From assembly GCA_965637545.1 (NCBI GenBank), contig OZ281500.1, forward strand, positions 6,820,001-6,884,000: DNA of 64,000 nt, in the 5' to 3' direction. The number at the start of each line of letters is the position of its first letter. Within the stretch, counting starts at the first letter, position 1. The notes under the pieces were generated by a model. It was not told where the DNA came from. It saw only the letters and a program-made list of their open reading frames with translations, and ran no database searches. The position numbers were made by a program, and so were the translations under genes. The stretch comes from Phallusia mammillata (taxonomy: Eukaryota). This document shows, piece by piece, positions 1 through 11,571 of this stretch.

Positions 1-1409
1 ATAAAGTTAAACACGCAATGATTAACCAACCAGTCAACAAATCCGATCAATTGTGCAATGTTACAACAAATCCGTGTCACATTGTCTATGCATTATAAAC
101 ATAGTCTATGGCATTATAAACAAACCCACGTCTTAATTGAAGACGTATTGACCTCCAAAATTAAAATCCGAGTCTGGTTGCTTGACGACTCGATCCATCG
201 AGTCAAGCCGATGAGCCTAATTGGCAAAGAAACGAATCAGTTATCTTTAAACAACCGTACGTGGCATTGACACAAAACCAACAACAGTCCCAACAAACTG
301 CAAACACAGGTAAAATTCACTGTGTTTAACGTTTTCGACAAATTCGCTCCTTTTGTCCCGAGAAAATCTCTATGACGGCTTTGTTTTACGGTTTGCAAAT
401 AAATTGAGCAAAACAACACAAAAGCGACTTTCATATCAGCAATATAACTCTTGCGTGACATAATTGTGAAACGACATTGCCGCAAAAATCGATAGACAAA
501 AACGTACCTGTACTCCTGTGGTCGCATATTGACTACGTTAAATTTAGTGTTTGTTTACCCATTTCTCACAGTGGCACAAAAGCAATTAAACAGTGAAAAT
601 CAAGGCACTTTTTGGTCTCAAAACGGCTTGTAGGTTACATTTACGATTTTGACAAGGCAGTGCCGATAAAACGCATTGCTCGTTTTCCACACAACGTGAC
701 TGGGCTATAGACAGAACCTCGACCATCAGCCCCCACCCCTAAGCTTATCCATATATGTAAGAAAAAACAACATAGGCCTATCCCGAAACGTGTAAAAAAC
801 ATATCCCTTTCGCCAGAGGTCTCGTAAACCGCCTCTTAATTGAACAACCGTAGTTAGGTAACCCCTGTACCGTATTAAGACTTTCTTGCATGGGCAGTAT
901 TTGTATTAAATAGGCAGTATTTTGTATTAAATAATTTGTATGTATAAATATATAGGCTTAAATTATATACAGTAACTTGCGTTGGCTAAAACGGGGCTCT
1001 TGCCCTTCGTACCTGCGCCCATGCCATCTTATATATTTGGAGGATAGATGACACAGCATGACTGCAAAATTTGTGTAGTATCAATTTATTGCAAATGCCT
1101 AAAGGTACATGAATTGTATGAAGTATTAAGAACCGCTTAAATCACCCAGTCGCTTAGGTATAAATGCATAATCACTGGTCTGAAACTGGTGTGTCTCCAC
1201 ATTTGTGATTTTTGCAGAGAACATTGATAAAATACAAAAAATATAAATCTAGCAAAACAGTGTAGAGAATTCTGAGCAAACATTTGAAGAATAGCACTGC
1301 ACAAAATGGGGCAAGAAATAGGTGAAAAATTTTAAGGTGAAAAGGGGAAAAACATTTTGTAGAGATTAATTTGTGAGAAATGACAAAAGTTGCATATGCA
1401 AGAAATGTT

Positions 1410-4029
1410 TCAAACAAAACCTATCAAACGAAAGACATAAACCCATTTTGCTTTGGTCAAGGCTGGATTTAGAACTGGCAATGTAATTTTAACACCACCA
1501 GGACTTATGGATTGCCATGTAAGCAGGGATGCACCTCCGACTAAATCAACAGAGGCAGAAGAAGTTGAAATTGGGGAACCCAACTCAAGAATGTTGGAAT
1601 CAGGCCATGAAAAACTGAAAGCATATACATGTTTTCCGTTCATGGTGTACCTGCAAACCAAAATGTATTTTAGGTTTGCACAAAGCTGGTTTTTATGCAG
1701 TTAGGTAAGTTAAATAAGTACCATAAAAGCCCCTCAAAAAAACAGCAGACATGTGGGGAATTACTTCAACCAAACCTGGTTGTATCCAATGGGTTAAGCC
1801 AGTGTTTCTTAACCCTTTTTTCTGTATTATTTTTCTGTTTTTCTGTATAAGACTTCATTTTTTAGCAAAATTGTATCGCTTTTTAAGTTCAAATAAAAAT
1901 ACATCAGTTTTAGTTATAGCTATAAGATATATAAGACATTTTTTTCCTAAAAAAACAAATGTCTCCAGGAAAAGAAAAACTTACCAAACATCCTTATTTG
2001 TTTGATCATTCTGATGTTTCCAGGGCTTACTGCTGTAAACTGCTTCCCCATTTACATTAAGCCATTCACCCATTTGTCGAAGTCGCTCTTCAAATATTGG
2101 TGTGATTGTTCCTTCTTTTGTTGGACCAACATTCATTAGCATGTTGCCATTGCAGCTGATGGTTGTCACAAGTTGCTGATCAGAGAAAAAACGAAAGTTA
2201 ACAGCCACTTTTAGTGTAAGTGTAACCACAGAATAAGAGTGCAAACAAATTTGGTTGATACCAAAGCTTTTCTAAAAATTAACCAGAATGTTTTCTACAG
2301 GCCAAAATTTGGAAATAAGTTTGTAATAAAACATAATCCATAATTAAGCAGATTACAATAAACTGGAAACAGTAATGGCTGCAACATCAATTTAAAACCA
2401 TATGTTTGAGTATATTTAGTTGGGACATGGTCAGGCTAAATTTGTCTACAATATAAGTTTTATCAGACAAACCTTCCTTACTGAAAATACAGGGGCAGGA
2501 GTAATGTAGTTTTGAACAACAAAAAATATATAAAACCTGGCTTTTATAAAATATTAATAATTAACTCACACATATTTATATGAGCATCAAGTAAGAAAAA
2601 CAAATGCTTAACCAACAAAACCCTTAACCAGTCATCACATCTGTATCACTCATGTGACAGCTTGTTATAAATATGGTTACTATTTTACAAATAAAATAAT
2701 TCCTTTTTTTACCTGCAGCAGTTCATTGATTGACATAAAGTCATTGAAGTTTGCATTCCTTCTATATCCCCAGGAATGTTTATCAATAGTTAAAGCATTT
2801 TCCCACTTTCTTGTTTGCAGAGTATGGGGATTGTATCTGTCATCACATGTCAAAAACCCTCCATGCTTGCATAAAACATCCCGACCCCATCTATCATTGG
2901 TGACAACAATATCCTGGAGAGACAAAAATTATTTAACAAAACTCGATGTTCAACGAAGAAGAGCAGCCAAATTTTTTCTTTACCTTCACAGGAGATTCAT
3001 TGTAAAGCCAAGCAACAAATTCTGCACTGTTCCAATAGCTTGAGTTAGTTCCCTGATCACCATCTGACCAAACAATGTCAGGTTTGTATCTACTGACTAT
3101 GTCATACAGTTCAGGCATCGACTTCATTCTGTGTGCAAGTTTGTTGTGTGTGTTTTTTTGCGAAATATCGTTATTTGTAAAAAAAACTCTGCAAATATGT
3201 TTAGCAGCTGGATAACTTACCTTGGAAATTCGTTAGTTGTAAAGTTATTTTGTTTGTCATTGAGGTAAAGCGGGTTTAGAAAGTCATGTAGATTATGGTA
3301 AAGTCCAAAGCGGAGAGACGTCCTGTTTTTTATTGCATTTGCTAAGTCTCCAACAATATCACGTTTTGGCCCAACATCCATTGAGTTCCAGTTGACAGAA
3401 GTTGCAGAAGGCCAGTTTGTGTAACCCTCACCATGTTTGCTTGTGAAGACAACATATTTGGCTCCAGATGCCTAGCAACATAACATAGCAAACCATTTTA
3501 ACGCTAGTTGTCTTCATTTTGTATTGAAACTTAAAAAGTACCTCAAACATGTCAGCCCATTTGTTAGGATCAAAAAACTCAGCTGTAAACTGGGGAGCAA
3601 AGTCAGGATATGTGAAACCTGGAGGGTAATTCTTTTCCATGAAATCTATAGCATGTGGATTTGCCAATGCCTTCCAGTAGTACCAGAATAGTTCAGCCAA
3701 AAATCCATCTCCAAAACTTGGTACTGAGAAAACTCCCCAGTGAATAAAAATACCAAGTTTTGCTTCATCGTACCTTTCAAAAATTAATGGAAATTTTCAT
3801 GATATTTTTTGAATACTAATGGAAGCAGAATATTACACTTAAATGACTACACACTTTTTGTTTACAGCTGAACAAAACTAATGTGGCATGTATGCCAATA
3901 TTTTGAGCATTAATAATCTTACCATGAAGGCAGGGGTCGTGTGTCCAGTGATTCCCAGTTCGGTTTGTATTCTCCATATCCCCTTGTTGCACAAACAGCC
4001 AAAATTACCAAAACAGCAATCAACCTCAT
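1410..4029 (-). CDS. FUCA: alpha-L-fucosidase (GH29) paralogue 1, 7 exons, 455 aa, divergent active site
   Basis: Exons traced by hand with GT-AG borders and continuous frame: 4029-3923, 3773-3542, 3471-3221, 3128-2984, 2913-2713, 2175-1985, 1650-1410 (1368 nt). Signal peptide [15 protein letters not shown], then [58 protein letters not shown]. Confidence 0.95.
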
Positions 4030-4320
4030 TTTACCAACTTTAGTTTTAGTTCAAACACTATTATCTCTCCAGCTCCTTTGGACAAACAGAAAAAAATGTG
4101 CATGTCAACATTTCAAGCCGTACAGTGACGTTTGACTTCGGTTTCCTGGCTTGCTAAGCCTAATATTATCTAATGTTCTGTCGCATTTATAACAAGCTGC
4201 GCCCAACCTTGTGAATACAATTATGACAGCTTTTGCGTGGCGAGGAAACAAAACAGTTTCCGTACGTTCCGATTCAGACGGACCAACAAAACAAGTTAGG
4301 TTGAGTTAAAGTAGTTTTAT

Positions 4321-4703
4321 GGTAGATACTTTAACACCAAAAACTAGCGGCACTGGAGTCCGGTTTACTTTAGGTCAAGAAGGTAACGTCAGGTCAAATG
4401 TTTGGAAATGCTTGTTTTTAACGTTATTTATGATTTTAAACCTTCACCTGGCCCTAATAGCCCTAACCGCCGGCATTTCTACAAGTCTGCAAAAAAAAGA
4501 TAAAAAAATGATGAAAATTAAACGGGATTCGAACCCAAAAATTATGCGCATGAGGCATTGTCTCTTCCACTACACTACAGCAACAGTTGCATTCTGGCGG
4601 TTTAAACAGAAGTTATAAACTATCATAAATTATTTGTCATTTGACCTAAAGTAAACCTAGTTTTTCTCCAGTGCCGCTAGTTTTTGGTGTTAAAGTATCT
4701 ACC
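4321..4703. mobile_element. Mutator-type MITE (383 bp)
   Basis: Perfect 38-bp TIR GGTAGATACTTTAACACCAAAAACTAGCGGCACTGGAG, further inner inverted match GGTTTACTTTAGGTCAA; 9-bp TSD TAGTTTTAT at 4312-4320 and 4704-4712. Confidence 0.92.
4518..4585 (-). pseudogene. tRNA-Met(CAU)-like fragment or SINE head inside the MITE
   Basis: Minus strand: A-box-like TAGTGTAGTGG, stem-loop ATGC-CTCATGC-GCAT (CAT at the anticodon position), B-box/T-arm GGGTTCGAATCCC; acceptor stem does not pair. Confidence 0.5.
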
Positions 4704-5169
4704 TAGTTTTATGCTTGATAAGGAAAGTTATGCACATATATTTTATACTTAGACATCGCCATTGTAACATTTGTTATGTTTTTTTTTCTAAGTTTCTTGA
4801 AATTCGATTTGAGGTTTTGTCTAGTATTTGTCTGTGTTAAGAATGTAAACTACGATTAAAAAACAAAATTGTTTTTCTGATTGCATAACAGGGGGTTTCC
4901 CTATTAGGTTGCTTTTTTTCTTTTGTTTTCACACAAATGTCATTTCGCCGAAATAGAACTCAAAATGGTTTTAGACGAAATTTTTTTTCTAACGCAGTTT
5001 ACCACATAACGGTTGAATTCTGCCATTCTCAGCAAATCATCGATTATGAGAAAGCAAATCACAAATTCGTTTCATTTTCGGTAACAAACATTATTTCAAA
5101 CAAAATTCATTCAAAAACTATTGATTTACGACAAAAATGTTTACAAATGAGCAAGGTCAATTATATCGC

Positions 5170-8100
5170 AAGTTAACGTTATTAGACAAGTTCAAGAACA
5201 ACGAAACTATATTCCGGCCCCGAAGGCACGATTTTGACAATTGTTTACAAAAGGTCTACTTGTATACTATCAATTTCTTCAATAAAAATCGGACGAATAT
5301 GTCTACAACGCACCACCCCTGGCACTTCAATGTGCTCCATTTGCTTAAGGGGGTCTATCAAAGTGGACGTTTTTCGAAAGTTTGACGAACAACGAAATTA
5401 TGTTCCGGCCCCGAGGGAAAGATACTGACGAATGTTTTAAGAACATATAGTAGGGTACTATCCATTTCTGCAATAAAAATCGGACGAATATGTCTACAAC
5501 GTACCACCCCTGGCACTTCAATGTGCTCCATTTGCTTAAGGGGGTCTATCAAAGTGGACGTTTTTCGAAAGTTTGACGAACAACGAAATTATGTTCCGGC
5601 CCCGAGGGAAAGATACTGACGAGTGTTTTAAGAACATATAGTAGGGTACTATCCATTTCTGCAATAAAAATCGGACGAATATGTCTACAACGTACCACCC
5701 CTAGCACTTCAATGTGCTCCATTTGCTTAAGGGGGTCTATCAAAGTGGACGTTTTTCGAAAGTTTGACGAACAACAAAATTATGTTCCGGCCCCGAGGGA
5801 AAAAAATTGACAAGTGTTTTAAGAACATATAGAAGAGTACTATCAATTTCTGCAATAAAAATCGGACGAATATGTCTACAACGTACCACCCCTAGCACTT
5901 CAATGTGCTCCATTTGCTTAAGGGGGTCTATCAAAGTGGACGTTTTTCGAAAGTTTGACGAACAACGAAATTATGTTCCGGCCCCGAGGGAAAAACTTTG
6001 ACAAGTGTTTTAAGAACATATAGTAGGGTACTATCCATTTCTGCAATAAAAATCGGACGAATATGTCTACAACGTACCACCCCTAGCACTTCAATGTGCT
6101 CCATTTGCTTAAGGGGGTCTATCAAAGTGGACGTTTTTCGAAAGTTTGACGAACAACGAAATTATGTTCCGGCCCCGAGGGAAAGATACTGACGAGTGTT
6201 TTAAGAACATATAGTAGGGTACTATCCATTTCTGCAATAAAAATCGGACGAATATGTCTACAACGTACCACCCCTAGCACTTCAATGTGCTCCATTTGCT
6301 TAAGGGGGTCTATCAAAGTGGACGTTTTTCGAAAGTTTGACGAACAACAAAATTATGTTCCGGCCCCGAGGGAAAGATACTGACGAGTGTTTTAAGAACA
6401 TGTAGAAGGGTACTATCCATTTCTGCAATAAAAATCGGACGAATATGTCTACAACGTACCACCCCTGGCACTTCAATGTGCTCCATTTGCTTAAGGGGGT
6501 CTATCAAAGTGGACGTTTTTCGAAAGTTTGACGAACAACGAAATTATGTTCCGGCCCCGAGGGAAAAACTTTGACAAGTGTTTTAAGAACATATAGTAGG
6601 GTACTATCCATTTCTGCAATAAAAATCGGACGAATATGTCTACAACGTACCACCCCTGGCACTTCAATGTGCTCCATTTGCTTAAGGGGGTCTATCAAAA
6701 TGGACGTTTTTCGAAAGTTTGACGAACAACGAAATTATGTTCCGGCCCCGAGGGAAAGATACTGACGAGTGTTTTAAGAACATATAGTAGGGTACTATCC
6801 ATTTCTGCAATAAAAATCGGACGAATATGTCTACAACGTACCACCCCTAGCACTTCAATGTGCTCCATTTGCTTAAGGGGGTCTATCAAAGTGGACGTTT
6901 TTCGAAAGTTTGACGAACAACAAAATTATGTTCCGGCCCCGAGGGAAAGATACTGACGAGTGTTTTAAGAACATGTAGAAGGGTACTATCCATTTCTGCA
7001 ATAAAAATCGGACGAATATGTCTACAACGTACCACCCCTAGCACTTCAATGTGCTCCATTTGCTTAAGGGGGTCTATCAAAGTGGACGTTTTTCGAAAGT
7101 TTGACGAACAACAAAATTATGTTCCGGCCCCGAGGGAAAAAAATTGACAAGTGTTTTAAGAACATATAGAAGAGTACTATCAATTTCTGCAATAAAAATC
7201 GGACGAATATGTCTACAACGTACCACCCCTAGCACTTCAATGTGCTCCATTTGCTTAAGGGGGTCTATCAAAGTGGACGTTTTTCGAAAGTTTGACGAAC
7301 AACGAAATTATGTTCCGGCCCCGAGGGAAAAACTTTGACAAGTGTTTTAAGAACATATAGTAGGGTACTATCCATTTCTGCAATAAAAATCGGACGAATA
7401 TGTCTACAACGCACCACCCCTGGCACTTCAATGTGCTCCATTTGCTTAAGGGGGTCTATCAAAGTGGACGTTTTTCGAAAGTTTGACGAACAACAAAATT
7501 ATGTTCCGGCCCCGAGGGGAAAAAATTGACAAGTGTTTTAAGAACATATAGAAGGGTACTATCCATTTCTGCAATAAAAATCGGACGAATATGTCTACAA
7601 CGTACCACCCCTAGCACTTCAATGTGCTCCATTTGCTTAAGGGGGTCTATCAAAGTGGACGTTTTTCGAAAGTTTGACGAACAACGAAATTATGTTCCGG
7701 CCCCGAGGGAAAGATACTGACGAATGTTTTAAGAACATATAGTAGGGTACTATCCATTTCTGCAATAAAAATCGGACGAATATGTCTACAACGTACCACC
7801 CCTGGCACTTCAATGTGCTCCATTTGCTTAAGGGGGTCTATCAAAGTGGACGTTTTTCGAAAGTTTGACGAACAACAAAATTATGTTCCGGCCCCGAGGG
7901 AAAGATACTGACGAGTGTTTTAAGAACATGTAGAAGGGTACTATCCATTTCTGCAATAAAAATCGGACGAATATGTCTACAACGTACCACCCCTGGCACT
8001 TCAATGTGCTCCATTTGCTTAAGGGGGTCTATCAAAGTGGACGTTTTTCGAAAGTTTGACGAACAACGAAATTATGTTCCGGCCCCGAGGGAAAGATACT

Positions 8101-9908
8101 GACGAATGTTTTAAGAACATATAGTAGGGTACTATCCATTTCTGCAATAAAAATCGGACGAATATGTCTACAACGTACCACCCCTGGCACTTCAATGTGC
8201 TCCATTTGCTTAAGGGGGTCTATCAAAGTGGACGTTTTTCGAAAGTTTGACGAACAACAAAATTATGTTCCGGCCCCGAGGGAAAAACTTTGACAAGTGT
8301 TTTAAGAACATATAGTAGGGTACTATCCATTTCTGCAATAAAAATCGGACGAATATGTCTACAACGTACCACCCCTGGCACTTCAATGTGCTCCATTTGC
8401 TTAAGGGGGTCTATCAAAGTGGACGTTTTTCGAAAGTGTGACGAACAACGAAATTATGTTCCGGCCCCGAGGGAAAGATACTGACAAGTGTTTTAAGAAC
8501 ATATAGTAGGGTACTATCCATTTCTGCAATAAAAATCGGACGAATATGTCTACAACGTACCACCCCTGGCACTTCAATGTGCTCCATTTGCTTAAGGGGG
8601 TCTATCAAAGTGGACGTTTTTCGAAAGTTTGACGAACAACGAAATTATGTTCCGGCCCCGAGGGAAAGATACTGACGAATGTTTTAAGAACATATAGTAG
8701 GGTACTATCCATTTCTGCAATAAAAATCGGACGAATATGTCTACAACGTACCACCCCTGGCACTTCAATGTGCTCCATTTGCTTAAGGGGGTCTATCAAA
8801 GTGGACGTTTTTCGAAAGTTTGACGAACAACAAAATTATGTTCCGGCCCCGAGGGAAAAACTTTGTCAAGTGTTTTAAGAACATATAGTAGGGTACTATC
8901 CATTTCTGCAATAAAAATCGGACGAATATGTCTACAACGTACCACCCCTGGCACTTCAATGTGCTCCATTTGCTTAAGGGGGTCTATCAAAGTGGACGTT
9001 TTTCGAAAGTGTGACGAACAACGAAATTATGTTCCGGCCCCGAGGGAAAGATACTGACAAGTGTTTTAAGAACATATAGTAGGGTACTATCCATTTCTGC
9101 AATAAAAATCGGACGAATATGTCTACAACGTACCACCCCTGGCACTTCAATGTGCTCCATTTGCTTAAGGGGGTCTATCAAAGTGGACGTTTTTCGAAAG
9201 TTTGACGAACAACGAAATTATGTTCCGGCCCCGAGGGAAAGATACTGACGAATGTTTTAAGAACATATAGTAGGGTACTATCCATTTCTGCAATAAAAAT
9301 CGGACTAATATGTCTACAACGTACCACCCCTGGCACTTCGATGTGCTCCATTTGCTTAAGGGGGTCTATCAAAGTGGACGTTTTTCGAAAGTTTGACGAA
9401 CAACAAAATTATGTTCCGGCCCCGAGGGAAAAACTTTGACAAGTGTTTTAAGAACATATAGTAGGGTACTATCCATTTCTGCAATAAAAATCGGACGAAT
9501 ATGTCTACAACGTACCACCCCTGGCACTTCAATGTGCTCCATTTGCTTAAGGGGGTCTATCAAAGTGGACGTTTTTCGAAAGTTTGACGAACAACGAAAT
9601 TATGTTCCGGCCCCGAGGGAAAGATACTGACGAGTGTTTTAAGAACATATAGTAGGGTACTATCCATTTCTGCAATAAAAATCGGACGAATATGTCTACA
9701 ACGTACCACCCCTAGCACTTCAATGTGCTCCATTTGCTTAAGGGGGTCTATCAAAGTGGACGTTTTTCGAAAGTTTGTCGAACAACGAAATTATGTTCCG
9801 GCCCCGAGGGAAAGATACTGACGAGTGTTTTAACAACATATAGTAGGGTACTATCCATTTCTGCAATAAAAATCGGACGAATATGTCTACAACGTACCAC
9901 CCCTAGCG
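5170..9908. repeat. 191-bp tandem satellite, ~25 copies, inside the transposon
   Basis: Unit AAAGTGGACGTTTTTCGAAAG...CCGGCCCCGAGGG...CTTAAGGGGGTCTATC; 23 full units from 5360 at exact 191-nt spacing, a partial unit to ~9908 and a degenerate unit at ~5170-5359. Confidence 0.98.
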
Positions 9909-10708
9909 CTTGAATATTTAACAATGCCAGAATTTTCCGACAGCATTTTATTCTTCATAGAGATCATAACGTTAATGTTTTTGAAGTTATTTTTTTGTTT
10001 TTTTGACATGCAGAAAATTAAAAGTTAAATCTGTTATATGGCTGAGTGAGAATTGATTGTTTGTATACGTATGCGTTTTTTTGCAATATCTTTTTCAAAA
10101 CATGTATTTTGAAATATATATTGCTCATAAGGTTGTACGCTCCAGGATATTTTTGTCGTCTACAAAGGTTTTGTCTCGTGGTCAGGACTCAACTCTTGAT
10201 ATTTTATAGCTAGATCTAAGAAGTTTTGGTTGAGCCTAAATGTAAAAATTTCGGACCTGATGATGGATATAAAATCTAGATAGATTTTTTTAACGTTTGT
10301 AAACAGCATAGGAGCTGTACAAGCCTACGAATGCTGCACCCAGATAACCACAAAAGCCTCAACGTTATAATGTTATGACTGAAACAGAAAAAATATTGTG
10401 ATGAAAAGGAAGAAGTAAGCTTCTTTAGCGTCAAATATAGATTAATAGTTAGTCCTGACTAAACTTTACATAAAACGTGTTTTGTATGGACTGCATGCCA
10501 GACTTGCTTTTTAATAAAAGATTTTTTTATCTGATCTTAATTGTTAATAAGACAAACGTTTGTGGTTATTGATTGTCCTAATTGTTAATATTGTTTTTTC
10601 ATAAAGTAATCAAAGTAATTGGTTATAAAAAATGTAATTGAAGTTTGTTTGTTCAGTGATACAATACAGTATTTCATAACATTAAACTGATTGAAAGAAA
10701 GAAGTAAT

Positions 10709-11539
10709 ATGGCTCATCGACGAGGAAAGAGAACACGTCCTGTGGATTATGCATTTGGTGTCAGCGAGAAGCAGACATGTTATCTCCGTGCTGCGAAGTC
10801 GCCACTTCCTTCTGTGTTGCTGGTGACGGACAGCAACGGCAGAAACATCGTCCACCCTCGCGTGGTGAGTAATCAGAGTGAATCCTTCACTCTATCTGCG
10901 GTTTCTCTTCCAGGTGGAAAAATGAAGCACGGTTGTTTGGAGCTAGCTGGAGGAAGCCGCTTTATTGGTGTGGACCTAATAATTCTAGCACTGGGAACAA
11001 ACGACATTGCATCTGGGCAGTGTCGTTTTACCCACCACATCGATATAGAAGGAAAGATGGTGGCTTCGTCGTTTAAAGCGACGGCTCCGACGAAGGCTTC
11101 GCCGGTCAAAGGGACGGCCCCGATGAAGGTGGTGGCTTCGTCGGTCAAAGGGACGGCTCCAACGAAGGCTTCGTCGGCCAAAGGGACGGCTCCGACGAAG
11201 GCTTCGTCGGTCAAAGGGACGGCTCCGACGAAGGTGGTGGCTTCGTCGGTTAAAGTGACGGCTCCGACGAAGGTGGTGGCTTCGTCGGTCAAAGGGACGG
11301 CTCCGACGAAGGTGGTGGCTTCGTCGGTTAAAGTGACGGCTCCGACGAAGGCTTCGTCGGTTAAAGTGACGGCTCCGACGAAGGCTTCGTTGGCCAAACG
11401 GACGGCTCCGACGACGGCTTCGTCGGTTAAAGTTACGGCTCCGACGAAGGCTTCGTCGGTCAAAGGGACGGCTCCGACGGAGGTGGTGCGAGGCATACAG
11501 ACGAGAGGAAAGAATACTAGCCGTGGGTTTTCAGTATAA
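10709..11539 (+). CDS. Transposon ORF1: SGNH/GDSL-hydrolase-like N-terminal half plus repetitive S/T/P/K/A/V linker
   Basis: LLVTDSNGR (block I-like), SLPGG (block II), IILALGTNDIA (block III GxND); block V DxxH not found in this frame. Confidence 0.55.
   Translation: MAHRRGKRTRPVDYAFGVSEKQTCYLRAAKSPLPSVLLVTDSNGRNIVHPRVVSNQSESFTLSAVSLPGGKMKHGCLELAGGSRFIGVDLIILALGTNDIASGQCRFTHHIDIEGKMVASSFKATAPTKASPVKGTAPMKVVASSVKGTAPTKASSAKGTAPTKASSVKGTAPTKVVASSVKVTAPTKVVASSVKGTAPTKVVASSVKVTAPTKASSVKVTAPTKASLAKRTAPTTASSVKVTAPTKASSVKGTAPTEVVRGIQTRGKNTSRGFSV
11057..11488. repeat. Coding 33/39-bp palindromic minisatellite, 12 units
   Basis: Units encode (VV)ASSVKGTAPTK; unit junctions form CCGACGAAG-(G or GTGGTGG)-CTTCGTCGG inverted repeats; GC-rich relative to flanks. 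Confidence 0.95.
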
Positions 11540-11571
11540 TCCACAGGACTCAGCTGTTCCTCCCTTTCTTC

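Noticed and set aside
1-530. Possible minus-strand exons at the window start (for example MDRVVKQPDSDFNFG; MSRKSYIADMKVA)
   Set aside because: Splice-like signals exist but no recognisable homology or consistent frame could be established.
894-934. Short tandem duplication GGCAGTATTT(T)GTATTAAATA x2
   Set aside because: Ordinary slippage duplication with no supporting context.
5234-9913. About 35 near-identical 64-aa ORFs on both strands
   Set aside because: By-product of the 191-bp satellite; they start at TTG codons, have no recognisable domain, and the unit length is not a multiple of 3.
5170-11488. CRISPR-like array (191-bp repeats or palindromic 33/39-bp repeats)
   Set aside because: No unique spacers, no cas genes, eukaryotic context; these are plain tandem repeats.
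10873-11544. 223-aa antisense ORF (VGAVPLTDEA repeats)
   Set aside because: Mirror of the stop-free minisatellite; the plus strand carries the recognisable SGNH-like motifs.
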